NCBI RefSeq assembly: GCF_050729195.1
Contig: NZ_JBOHKS010000053.1
Span: forward strand, 6,128 to 70,127
DNA from: Hypericibacter sp.
GTDB lineage: Bacteria; Pseudomonadota; Alphaproteobacteria; Dongiales; Dongiaceae
Length of the DNA: 64,000 nt
Direction of reading: 5' to 3'
Position numbers and translations under genes: made by a program. The notes below the pieces were generated by a model. It ran no database searches. It had not been told where the DNA came from and saw only the letters and a program-made list of their open reading frames with translations. How positions within the stretch are numbered: position 1 is the first letter of the stretch; every line of letters starts with the position of its first letter. Positions 46,994 through 56,345 of the stretch are shown piece by piece.

Positions 46994-49057
46994 TCATTCG
47001 ATGGCGATCCGGTAATTGCCGGCATCGTCGGTGGTGGCGACCATGCCCGGCAGCAGCAGGATCGTCGTCGTGCTCTCCTCGATGACTGCCGGGCCAACGA
47101 TTTTGCCGCCGGCGACGCAGGCCGTCCCGTCGAAGACCGGAACCGGCTTCATGCCGCCCTGGCGATGGATGTAGACGGGCCGATGGGCCTTCGGTGCCAG
47201 CGTGGCAGCTGCGGCGCGAGCGCCATTACCGGGATCGCCCGCGATGCGGCGCCCCTCGCCGACGGCCGTCACCTTCCAGGTGACGAACTCGACGATGTTG
47301 GTCTCGTCCTTGATGCTGTAGATGCGCTCATGCATCCGGTTGAAGGCGGCCACCAGCGCTTCCAGATTGCCGGCCTTGAGCCGGCCGGCGGCAGGATCGA
47401 ACGGAACCTCGATTTCCCATGATTGATATTCATAGCGCCCCATGAAGGCGTATTCGAAGGAGCGCTGCTCCGGCGGCACCTGCGCGCGATCCAGGAACGC
47501 ATCGCAGCGCCCGCGCAATTCGCCCAGCAGCCGGTTCACGTCGTCCAGGCCGAAGGCCCGGCTGTCGGTATGGAGGCTGCCGACAGCCTCCCAGCGGATG
47601 TCCGAGACGAGACCGCCGAACGCGCTGAGCCCCGCCGACAGCTTGGGGATCATGAAGCGCTTGAGGCCCAGCACGTCGGCCATCTCGGCGATATGGCAGG
47701 CCGTGGCACCGCCGCCCGAGACGAGATAGCTGTCCCGGGGATTGATGCCTTCATTGACGGTGATGTCTTCGATCGCCGCGATCATGTTGTGATTGCAGGT
47801 GGTGTAGATCGCATAGGCGGCCTCGACGAGACCGATGCTGAGCTGGCTCGCGATCTTCCCCACGGCCTGCTCGGCGAGGTTCCGATGCAGCTTGATCCGC
47901 CCGCCGAGGAAGAAATCAGGGTCGATGATGCCGAGGACGACATTGGCGTCGGTGACCGTGGCCTCGGTTCCGCCCGCGCCGTAACAGGCTGGGCCCGGCT
48001 TGGCACCCGCGCTCCGCGGGCCCACCCGCAGCAGCCCACCGAGATCGACCCAGGCGATGCTGCCGCCGCCGGCCCCGACCGAGCGCACATCGACCTTGGG
48101 CAATCCCAGCATGTCATGCGGATAGATCATGGCTTCCGGCGTGACCACGATCTGGCCGGCGCGGATCGCGGACACGTCGAAGGTAGTACCGCCCATATCG
48201 ACGACGATCACATCGGCCTCGGTCGTCAGATGGCGCGCCGCGACCGGCGCCAAGGTGGGGCCCGACATCACGCTGTAGATCGGCTTCTCGACGATCTCCT
48301 CCGGCGGCATCATGCCGCCGACGCAATTGGCGATGAGCAGCCGGTTGCGATAGCCCGCAGCGCGCAATGCCGTCTCGAGCCCGCCGATATAGGCGCCCAC
48401 CACGGGACGCAACGAAGCGTCGATGACAGTCGAGATGGTGCGCCGATATTCGCGCGGGATCGGATTGACCTCGTGGCTGAGGCTGACCGGAACTTCGGGC
48501 CAGAGCTCACGGATGATCTCGAGCACCCGCAATTCGTGGTGCGGATTGGCAATCGACCAGAGCAGGCTGACCGCGATCGCTTCGACCCCGGCGCGGCGGA
48601 AATAGGCCACCGCATTGCGGACATCGTTCTCGACCAGCGGCGAGACCTCGGCGCCGAGGGCATCGATCCGACCCCCCACCCCGATCGTGCGGTTGCGCGG
48701 CACGTAAGGATCCGGGAAGTCCAGCTTCCAGTTCCAGGGGCGTTTGCGCGGCGCCTCGCGCAAGGTCAGAACGTCCGGATGGCCTTCGGTCGCGATCAAC
48801 CCGACAGGGGCGGTGTTGCGGACAACCAGCGCGTTGGTCGAGACGGTCGTGCCATGCACGATCGAGTCCACCTCGCGCAGGAAGCCCGGCAGGTCCTTAC
48901 CGTAATGTTCGGCCGCGATACCCAGCACATTCATGAAGCCGCGCTCGAACTCGCCGGGCGTCGAAGGGCATTTCAGGATGCAGGGATCCCGGCCGGATTC
49001 GACGACGACGCAATCGGTGAAGGTGCCGCCGATATCGATTCCCATACTGTAGGTCAT
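46994..49057 (-). CDS. Hydantoinase/oxoprolinase A subunit (ATP-binding)
   Basis: GIDIGGTFTD, HGTTVSTNA, SGPTLA, VDMGGTTFDVS, GAGGGSIA, GPACYG, TVTDANVVLG. Confidence 0.93.
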   Translation of the reverse strand: MTYSMGIDIGGTFTDCVVVESGRDPCILKCPSTPGEFERGFMNVLGIAAEHYGKDLPGFLREVDSIVHGTTVSTNALVVRNTAPVGLIATEGHPDVLTLREAPRKRPWNWKLDFPDPYVPRNRTIGVGGRIDALGAEVSPLVENDVRNAVAYFRRAGVEAIAVSLLWSIANPHHELRVLEIIRELWPEVPVSLSHEVNPIPREYRRTISTVIDASLRPVVGAYIGGLETALRAAGYRNRLLIANCVGGMMPPEEIVEKPIYSVMSGPTLAPVAARHLTTEADVIVVDMGGTTFDVSAIRAGQIVVTPEAMIYPHDMLGLPKVDVRSVGAGGGSIAWVDLGGLLRVGPRSAGAKPGPACYGAGGTEATVTDANVVLGIIDPDFFLGGRIKLHRNLAEQAVGKIASQLSIGLVEAAYAIYTTCNHNMIAAIEDITVNEGINPRDSYLVSGGGATACHIAEMADVLGLKRFMIPKLSAGLSAFGGLVSDIRWEAVGSLHTDSRAFGLDDVNRLLGELRGRCDAFLDRAQVPPEQRSFEYAFMGRYEYQSWEIEVPFDPAAGRLKAGNLEALVAAFNRMHERIYSIKDETNIVEFVTWKVTAVGEGRRIAGDPGNGARAAAATLAPKAHRPVYIHRQGGMKPVPVFDGTACVAGGKIVGPAVIEESTTTILLLPGMVATTDDAGNYRIAIE

Positions 49058-49061
49058 CGTC

Positions 49062-50870
49062 TCAGACGGCTCCCTCGGCGCGCAGCGCCGCGGTCGCCCG
49101 CTGGTCGACGCGGTAATCGATGCCGTTGGCGGCCAGCTCCAGCTTGACCCGGTAGACGGACTCCGCGACCTGGGGGCTGATCCATTGCCGGTTCACGTCG
49201 CGCGCGACCTGGGCGGGGTCGCGCTTGGCCGGGCTGCCATAGCCGCCGCCCGAGGCGGTGCGGAAGATCATCCGCTCGCCGGGCCGGCAGGTTTCGATAT
49301 GGAAGCCCGGAAGCTGCTCCTCTTCGCCATTGGCGCTGCGCTTGCGGTTCTGCGAGGCAGCGCCGTCGCCGCCGCCGAGAACGCCGCGCGGGCCGTTGAT
49401 GTCGCCATCGCTGCAATAGGCCACGCTCAGATTGCCCGACAGCGAGCGGTAGACACCCTGCATGGCCGGCGCGCCATTCCATTGTCCCATGCCGATCGCG
49501 TCCTGCGCGACATGGCGCGCCTCGACCAGGATCGGATACATGGCCTCGTCGATCTCGATCGAATCGAGCGCCAGCACGCCACCGCCATTCGGCGCCTCGT
49601 AGGTCAGCCAGCCATCATGGCCGCTGAGCCCCGGGCCGGTCGAAAGGCCGAAGAAGACCATGTTGATATAGGGTTTGGCCGCGCCCTTGCGGTCGTCGAT
49701 GCCCGAGACCACGCCCATATTGCAGCCGAATTCCGTGCCGCCTTCGGCCAGCCCATAGGGCGCGCCCATCTTGGTGAAGGCGCATTGGACGGCATTGATC
49801 AGCCGGTCATTGACGCCCATCGTCGCGTTCGAGGTGCCGGCCGGATAGGCGGGCCTTCCCACCACGCAGCCGTCGCGCAGCAGGACCTTGATGCAACGGG
49901 CGCTGCCTTCATTGTGCGGCAGCGTCGGGTCGAGATTGTAGAACACGCCGATGCGCCCGGCGCCGGTGGCGCAGGCCTCGGACAGGTTGACGCCGCCGGG
50001 CACGCAATCCGGATTGTCGCGCAGATCGACCGTCACCGTTCCGGAGTCCGGATCGACCGTCACCTTGGCGGTGATCTCGATCCCGTCCTCGGCCACGGTC
50101 GGGATCGGGTCATGCCGGACCGTATAAGAGTAGGTGCCCTTCGGCAGCTGACGGATCGCGGCCACGGCCCGCCGCTGGCCATAGGCGATCCATTCCTCGA
50201 TGAATTCCTTGATCAGGGGAAGGCTGTAGCGCTCGCCGAGCTCCTTCAGCCGGCGCTCGCCCGTGCGGCAGGCCCCGACCTGCGCGCAGTAATCGCCATA
50301 CCAGATATGACTCTCGCGGATGTTTTCCCGGCACCAGCGAATGAGATCCTTCTTGTCGGCGTAGTTCTCCTGGAACCGCACGGCCGGGATATGGATACCC
50401 TCCTCATAGACCGTGCGGAAATAGGCATCCATGGTGGTCGGCAGATGGGCCCCCGTGTCGGCGTGATGCGAGCGCGCAACCGCCCAGAACATCGGCTCCT
50501 CGCCGAGGAACACCGGCACGCACAGAGTCATGTCGGCGTGATGCGTGCCGCCGTAATAGGGGCTGTTCGAGAAGAAGGCGTCGCCGGGCTTCACGTCGTC
50601 GAACAGGCGCGTGATGGGGCGCGTCGTCAGGTCGATCGCCGTCACATGGACGGGCATCGCTTCCTCGACGCAGACGAGACGGTGGTCGTAGGTCAGGAGG
50701 CTGCAGGAGAAATCGCGGGCGTTGGTGATCGCCGTCGAGCGGCTCGCCTTCTTCACGATGTTCGACATCTCGCGAACGATGGATTCGAGGCGGCTCGAGA
50801 GCACCGCCAGCAGCATCGGATCGAATTGCGGCCCGGCTCGCTCGCCGGCCGCGGCAGTGGCGTTCAGCAT
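49062..50870 (-). CDS. Hydantoinase B/oxoprolinase subunit
   Basis: ARDFSC, NSPYYGGTHHAD, SHHADTG, EEG, EAMYP, GGGYGSP; RBS GGAGGAG before 50870. Confidence 0.92.
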   Translation of the reverse strand: MLNATAAAGERAGPQFDPMLLAVLSSRLESIVREMSNIVKKASRSTAITNARDFSCSLLTYDHRLVCVEEAMPVHVTAIDLTTRPITRLFDDVKPGDAFFSNSPYYGGTHHADMTLCVPVFLGEEPMFWAVARSHHADTGAHLPTTMDAYFRTVYEEGIHIPAVRFQENYADKKDLIRWCRENIRESHIWYGDYCAQVGACRTGERRLKELGERYSLPLIKEFIEEWIAYGQRRAVAAIRQLPKGTYSYTVRHDPIPTVAEDGIEITAKVTVDPDSGTVTVDLRDNPDCVPGGVNLSEACATGAGRIGVFYNLDPTLPHNEGSARCIKVLLRDGCVVGRPAYPAGTSNATMGVNDRLINAVQCAFTKMGAPYGLAEGGTEFGCNMGVVSGIDDRKGAAKPYINMVFFGLSTGPGLSGHDGWLTYEAPNGGGVLALDSIEIDEAMYPILVEARHVAQDAIGMGQWNGAPAMQGVYRSLSGNLSVAYCSDGDINGPRGVLGGGDGAASQNRKRSANGEEEQLPGFHIETCRPGERMIFRTASGGGYGSPAKRDPAQVARDVNRQWISPQVAESVYRVKLELAANGIDYRVDQRATAALRAEGAV

Positions 50871-50988
50871 CCTCGTCTCCTCCGCGCGTTCCAACGGATT
50901 CTCGATGCCCGAGGCGGCCCCGCCATGACTGCCGGGTCCGCGAACCGATTGGGAAGTGAGCGCCTCATCCTGTCGATCGTATTTTTAT

Positions 50989-51029
50989 GGATTTGATCAA
51001 ATCCTAATAGCCCTGTAGGGTGCTGTCAA
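50989..51029 (-). promoter_or_regulatory. sigma70 promoter (TTGACA-N17-TAGGAT) overlapped by a perfect 16-bp palindrome GGATTTGATCAAATCC
   Basis: TGTCAA at 51024-51029, ATCCTA at 51001-51006 (17-nt spacer), palindrome 50989-51004. Confidence 0.75.
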
Positions 51030-51135
51030 TCGAGAGGATGACTTCGTTCGACGCCGATGGATGTTGAACCGGCGCAACAGCTGGATTGAAATGGCGCCGA
51101 CAGCGGCGGCGCCTCCGGGCAGCGGGGATGTGTGA

Positions 51136-51936
51136 GTGGCCAAGGTCGGCACCAGGCGGAAAGCGGCATCACGGGGTATGACGAAGGCCGGGCAGGAATC
51201 CAAAGGCATTTCCGCGCTGCGTCGCCATCGCAGCCGGCCTGTCCCCCATGGCACGACCCACGAGGACATCTATGCGCGGCTGAAGCAGGCGATCATGGCG
51301 GCGAGCTTCGTGCCCGGGGAGCGCCTGGTCGTCGCCAGGCTCGCGAAAATCTTCGGCACGAGCCCGATGCCGATCCGCGAGGCGCTGCGGCGGCTGGTCG
51401 CCGAGCAGGCCCTGGAGAACAACCCGAACCGGGGCGTGGAAGTCCCCGCCATGACGCCGGGCCGGCTCATGGATCTGAAACGCGTCCGCTGCGAGATCGA
51501 AGGCAAGGCGGCGGAGTGGGCCGCCTCCGCCATCACCGCGGCCGAGCTGGAGCGGCTGGAGGCGGTTCAAGCCCGGATGTCGGCCATGGCACAGAAGGGC
51601 ATCGCCCGCGCCTATCTGGACACGAATCTCGAATTCCATTTCACGATCTACAAGGCCGCGAAATCGCCGCTGCTGATCCCGATCATCGAAAGCCTGTGGA
51701 TGCAGGCGGGCCCTTGCCTCAATGCGATGCGGAGCACCTCCACGCTCGGGCTGGGGCTGGACCATCACGAGGATATGGTCGCGGCGCTCCGGCGAGGCGA
51801 TGGCAAGAAGGCGCGCGATGCCCTGCAACGGGACATTTCCGAAGCGGCCGACATCATCCTGCAGTCGCTGGAGGGAGACGGACAGCCAGAGGGCGGCGCG
51901 GCCATGCCGGCTTCAGACAGGCACGAGCGTCCCTGA
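51136..51936 (+). CDS. GntR-family regulator (FCD domain), divergent from hydantoinase operon
   Basis: FVPGERL...FGTSPMPIREALRRLVAE wHTH; NLEFHFTIY, DHHEDMV; start uncertain (51136 GTG or 51178 ATG). Confidence 0.9.
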   Translation: MAKVGTRRKAASRGMTKAGQESKGISALRRHRSRPVPHGTTHEDIYARLKQAIMAASFVPGERLVVARLAKIFGTSPMPIREALRRLVAEQALENNPNRGVEVPAMTPGRLMDLKRVRCEIEGKAAEWAASAITAAELERLEAVQARMSAMAQKGIARAYLDTNLEFHFTIYKAAKSPLLIPIIESLWMQAGPCLNAMRSTSTLGLGLDHHEDMVAALRRGDGKKARDALQRDISEAADIILQSLEGDGQPEGGAAMPASDRHERP

Positions 51937-51945
51937 CGTCTTCGC

Positions 51946-54723
51946 CTAGGTCGCCGCCGTATGGACGACCACACCGCTTTCGATGGCGACGTCGTGCCCG
52001 CCGGCATCCTGATAGACGTTGTAGCTCACGGCAGCGCCGCCATAGGCAGCCCCGAGATGCACCCCGGTGGCTGTCGCGGCAAAGCTGGTGCTCGAGAGAT
52101 CAACGGAATCGGCGGCGGTGCCGCGAACGACCAGCTCGACCGGGTGACCGGAAACCGATTCGCCGGTGTTGTTGCCGGTCGCGAGGTCCAGCACGTCGCT
52201 GGCATCGAGGGTGATGGCCTGGCTGCCCGCCGGCCGGAGATCCAGCATCTCGATGCTTTGGAAATGTCCCGCAGGCTGCTGGGTGAAATCGACGGACTGT
52301 CCCAGCTCCAGCGCGTCGATGCCGTTGCCGCCGTCATAGACATTGTCGGCATCGCGGAAGACCAGCGTGTCGTTCCCGTTCTCGCCCAGGAGCGTGTCGG
52401 CACCCCCCGTCGAGTCATGACCGCCACCGTCAAGACGGTCATTGCCATCGCCGCCGAAGAGCCGGTCGGTCCCGCCACCGCCGTTCAAGGTGTCGTCATC
52501 GGCACCGCCAAGCAGCGAATCGTTCCCGCCGCCGCCGAGGATCGAATCGTTGCCATTACCGCCGTCGATCGTGTCGTCGCCATCATTGCCGACGACCTGG
52601 CCACCCACGACGTTGAAGACCCAATTGCCGTCCGGATCGGTGCCGGGATTGCTCGTCGTCTCCAGGCCGAGCATCTCGCCCTGATTGCCCGATTGCGGGA
52701 GCTCGAAGAAATCGGACCCGTCGCCTGAGTTCCAGCCTGCGCGCGCGACGGTGCCGCCCAGCCCGCCGGAGCCGCCGCTGGCATCGCCGGTGGTCCAGTC
52801 GATGTTCTCGTAGCGGAACTCGAAGGCGAAATTGCCGTCGCCCGTGTTCTGGATCACGAGCTGGAACGCATCCAGCTTGTCGGTATGTGAGCCGAAATAG
52901 CCGACATCGTCCCAGGTGATGGTGATCCTGCCGTTCGCGGGATCCAGGTCGTAATAGACCTCGTTGCTCCCGGTCGATGTTCCGCCCGGTGTGGGGGTCA
53001 GATCATGGGCGCCGCGCGTATCCACATCCGCGAAGAAGGGCGCGATCATGGGATTGTTGGTGGCCCCTGTCAGCGAGAAGGGCGTGAAGGTGCCCAGCGG
53101 TGCGGCGAAGGTGATGTTGCCGTTGTTGTTGATGTAGAAGCCGTTATAGGTCGTGCCGAAGAAGTTCATCCCGGTGGGGAAGACGGTCGAGATATCGATC
53201 AATCCCGTCGACCCGTCATCGTTCGGGCTCAGGACCCCTTCGCCGAAACCGGCCGGCCCGCCCAGGCCGTTGATGAGCGCGTTGCCGCCCGTTCCGAGTT
53301 CAGGCGCCGCGGCGGCCGCCAGGGCATGCGGCGCTTCCTCACCATTGCCGCCGGTGGTGTCGCCGCCGACGAGGATATCGTTGCCATCGCCGCCGCTGAT
53401 GCTGTCATTGCCGTCGCCGCCATGCACCGTGTCGTCGCCGTTCCCGCCATCGAGGCGATCGGCGCCCGCCGAGCCCAGGATCGAATCGTTGCCGTTGTTG
53501 CCGGCGAGGGAATCGTCGCCCGGGCCACCGACCAGCGTGTCGTTACCGTCATCGCCCAGGGCCGTGTCGTTGCCCGATCCGGCGTCGATCGAATCATTGC
53601 CGGGCCCGCCATCGATCGAATCCGCGCCGTTACCCGCAACCACCGTATCATTGCCGCCATTGGCGAGGATCGTGTCGTTGCTGTCCTCGCCGAGGATGAG
53701 CTCGTTGTGGGGTCCGCCCACGAGCGTATCGGGGCCGGGCGTGCCGGTGATGGTGTCGCTTTCGGCGCCATGGAGCGTCTGCTGCTCGGGATTGGACGGG
53801 GGCGCCGGCGGCTCGAGATTGGCGAGGATGCTGCCCTCGAGCGGATGCAGCGGCCCGCCCAATCCGGTTTCGTCGAAGCCGCCGAGGCCCGTCTGGCCCG
53901 GCAGCCCCAGGAGCGAGTCGAACAGCTGAGACAGGAAGGCCGCGTTGAGGCCGCCATTGTGGAACAGGCCGCCGCTACCGCCCGCCGCCGGGACGATCAG
54001 ATTCTCGAGCTCGGTATGCTTCTCATAGCTCTCATTCTGCAGATCGAGCTCCGGATCGAGCTGCAACAGCGGACCGAAGGCCTGCTGGATCTGCTCGAGC
54101 GTCAGCTTGAATGCCGTCTGCGGCGGCGTTTGTTGGTCATGCAGGACGGTGGCCTCGAACAATTCGTCGAGCTCGACCCGGCCCGCCGCGTTGAAGACGA
54201 CGACATGTCCGACATGCCCCGCGATGTCGCGCAGCAGCGCCAGCAGGAGACCATGCTCGGTCTCGGACAACTGGCCGGCGACGGAGGTCCCGCGAACGCC
54301 GATCGAGCCTGCGGGCGTATTGACCGTCATGCCGTCGCCGGAGCTTCCCGCGATGGATCCGGTGACGAACACGAAGGCGCCAGCGACCGCGACGGTCAGC
54401 CCGCTGTCAGAGCCCGATGGATCGTAGATCAGCTTGCTGATGGTGATTTCGGCATTGCCGCCAAGCACGAAATCGGTGCCGTCGACGAAGCGGATCTGAA
54501 CCCCGCCCTCGGGGTCGGTCCGGATCGTGTCATTGGCATAGATATTGTTGCCGACTGCCAGCGTGGCTTCGCTGCCATCGGCATGCTTGACATGGATGGC
54601 GCCCTCGGCCGTCGCGATCTGGCCGATCGCCTGACCCTGCAACTGCGCCAGTTGGGGTCCCGCGGCAATGCCCGGGCCTTGCGTCAAAGGATCGGCGGTC
54701 CCGCCGAGCGCTCCCTCTGCCAT
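51946..54723 (-). CDS. Secreted RTX-repeat protein with N-terminal FecR-like domain and internal nidogen (NIDO)-like domain
   Basis: N-terminus (IYANDTIRT...IRFVDGTDFVLG...TPAGSIGVRGT), two blocks of GGxGxDxL nonapeptides, intervening FYINNNGNITF / MIAPFFADVD / TWDDVGYF segment; no signal peptide. Confidence 0.85.
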   Translation of the reverse strand: MAEGALGGTADPLTQGPGIAAGPQLAQLQGQAIGQIATAEGAIHVKHADGSEATLAVGNNIYANDTIRTDPEGGVQIRFVDGTDFVLGGNAEITISKLIYDPSGSDSGLTVAVAGAFVFVTGSIAGSSGDGMTVNTPAGSIGVRGTSVAGQLSETEHGLLLALLRDIAGHVGHVVVFNAAGRVELDELFEATVLHDQQTPPQTAFKLTLEQIQQAFGPLLQLDPELDLQNESYEKHTELENLIVPAAGGSGGLFHNGGLNAAFLSQLFDSLLGLPGQTGLGGFDETGLGGPLHPLEGSILANLEPPAPPSNPEQQTLHGAESDTITGTPGPDTLVGGPHNELILGEDSNDTILANGGNDTVVAGNGADSIDGGPGNDSIDAGSGNDTALGDDGNDTLVGGPGDDSLAGNNGNDSILGSAGADRLDGGNGDDTVHGGDGNDSISGGDGNDILVGGDTTGGNGEEAPHALAAAAAPELGTGGNALINGLGGPAGFGEGVLSPNDDGSTGLIDISTVFPTGMNFFGTTYNGFYINNNGNITFAAPLGTFTPFSLTGATNNPMIAPFFADVDTRGAHDLTPTPGGTSTGSNEVYYDLDPANGRITITWDDVGYFGSHTDKLDAFQLVIQNTGDGNFAFEFRYENIDWTTGDASGGSGGLGGTVARAGWNSGDGSDFFELPQSGNQGEMLGLETTSNPGTDPDGNWVFNVVGGQVVGNDGDDTIDGGNGNDSILGGGGNDSLLGGADDDTLNGGGGTDRLFGGDGNDRLDGGGHDSTGGADTLLGENGNDTLVFRDADNVYDGGNGIDALELGQSVDFTQQPAGHFQSIEMLDLRPAGSQAITLDASDVLDLATGNNTGESVSGHPVELVVRGTAADSVDLSSTSFAATATGVHLGAAYGGAAVSYNVYQDAGGHDVAIESGVVVHTAAT

Positions 54724-55008
54724 GCGCTGCTCCCACGGACTTCGGTCGGTCCATGATCCGCATTTGCCGATGTGGCCACGAAATCGGTCACGGCATTTTG
54801 AGTGGCGAATCAATGATCGAAATCAGCCTAAGGCCGATGTCGATCCGCCTTTCATATCTATTGTTAAGGTCGTGCCGAATTCAGAAGGAGAATGAACGGC
54901 CCGGATTCCCGGTTCGTGAATTCTCGTTCATTCGCCGCAGCCGTTGGAAGGCCGGACGCCTGCCGGATATCTCCGGATAGGAAAACAATCTTGCCCGCCC
55001 GGGGGCGG

Positions 55009-55704
55009 TCATTTTGCCGGCGCGCGCCGCCTGGTGACCAGCAGCAGGATTCCGACCAGCAGGAACCCGACCAGGGCCCCGAGCCCGCCCTGCCAGACCT
55101 GGAGGAAGTGACAAAGCCGCTGCGGAAAGGTCGGCGCCGGCGGCTTTTCGGCGGCGGGCGGCTTGACGAACTCGGCCCACAGACCGTTGCCCATGCGCCG
55201 TGCCTCGGCTTCCGCCTGGTCGTAGCGCTCGGCCAGCTGCGGATCGGCATTCTTGGCCCTTGCCGCATAGCGATCGACGGTACCCACGCCGGCCAGCAGG
55301 AGGGCTTCGCTCAGGTCGATGTCGCCCAGCCGACAGACGGCGAATTTATGGAGCTGCAGGTCGCGCGCAGCCACCACGCAATGGACCCGGCCGTCGCCGC
55401 CGAGCAGGCCGTCGAGCGCGAGGCGCGCCTTGATCCCGCCGGGTGCCGTCATGGCGGGGATCTGGATGCCGAACAGGATCAGCCGCTCTTCGCCCAATTG
55501 TAATGTGCCGCCATCGAGCACGATGGCCGAGCCCTCGAATTCCTGCGGCGGGGGTGGCGCCAGGGGCGCGGTCTCGACCGGTGTCGCGGGCATGGCCGGC
55601 GGAACGGGCGGATTGTCGGCGCGCGCGGCGAGGCTGGCCATGGTCATAAGCGCCGTGAGCGAAGCGGCGGCGGCGAAACTCTGCAGGGCGTGGCGGGTTT
55701 TCAT
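55009..55704 (-). CDS. Thermonuclease (SNase)-like exported/membrane protein with degenerate active site
   Basis: Signal peptide, Pro-rich linker, VLDGGTL...LFGIQIP...AEARRMGNGLW, C-terminal TM helix; start MKTRHAL inside ORF 55009..56016. Confidence 0.7.
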   Translation of the reverse strand: MKTRHALQSFAAAASLTALMTMASLAARADNPPVPPAMPATPVETAPLAPPPPQEFEGSAIVLDGGTLQLGEERLILFGIQIPAMTAPGGIKARLALDGLLGGDGRVHCVVAARDLQLHKFAVCRLGDIDLSEALLLAGVGTVDRYAARAKNADPQLAERYDQAEAEARRMGNGLWAEFVKPPAAEKPPAPTFPQRLCHFLQVWQGGLGALVGFLLVGILLLVTRRRAPAK

Positions 55705-56345
55705 GCGCCGGCAATCTGACCGCTGCTGTCGGGCAGGGCAAGCGCCGATGGAAGCGTCACAAGGTCGACACGAACCGGCTCGCCCAACCAGTGGCTGGCG
55801 GTGGCTGTCATCGCTTGTGTGGAAGGCCGGACGAGCCGGGAGGAACCGAGGCCCGGTCGCCCCGCAGGCGCAAAAAAGCGCGATCCTTGAGCCACCGCCG
55901 AAGCCGCCGCCGACAGAGATGGGGGACTCTGCCAGCGGGTTAGGCCAGGAAGAGACGGAGAGAAGCCGCCTTGCATGGGCCTGCGAGGGGCCGCTCGTTG
56001 CGTCGGGATCGACCATAACCGCCAGGCGCTAAACAAAGGATGAAACGCGGCGGCGGCGCGGAAAGTTTTGCCGATGAAATCTCGCTTGTCTCGACGCGCG
56101 ACATCATGCGTTTTGACTACGCAACCGATGTGAGAAATCAATGACAGAACACAAGCGATTGACTCGCCTTGGAATCCCTTGTGCTAGACAAGAGCCGCCG
56201 CGCGCCTATCATCACGCGCCGACATGACCCGCGGGGCGCAGCAATTTCACGCGGGCGATCACCGGATGGAACTGCCGATGTCATCGACGACCTCATCTCC
56301 GCCCTTTCCCCTCGCCGGATGTCTCGGAATGGCCGAGGTTCGGCG

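Noticed and set aside
50989-51004. FNR/FixK box
   Set aside because: FNR needs TTGAT-N4-ATCAA; here the half sites overlap (TTGATCAA).
52380-53750. Repetitive DNA that could be mistaken for a CRISPR or tandem array
   Set aside because: 27-bp periodicity is the coding RTX nonapeptide repeat; no constant repeat with unique spacers and no cas genes.
54889-54933. GAATGAACG/CGTTCATTC inverted repeat upstream of the RTX gene
   Set aside because: 9-bp stem with a 26-nt loop and no U-tract; insufficient to call a terminator or operator.
55870-55930. VGGGFGGG resembling the xanthine-dehydrogenase molybdopterin motif in ORF 55009-56016
   Set aside because: Isolated low-complexity match with no surrounding homology.
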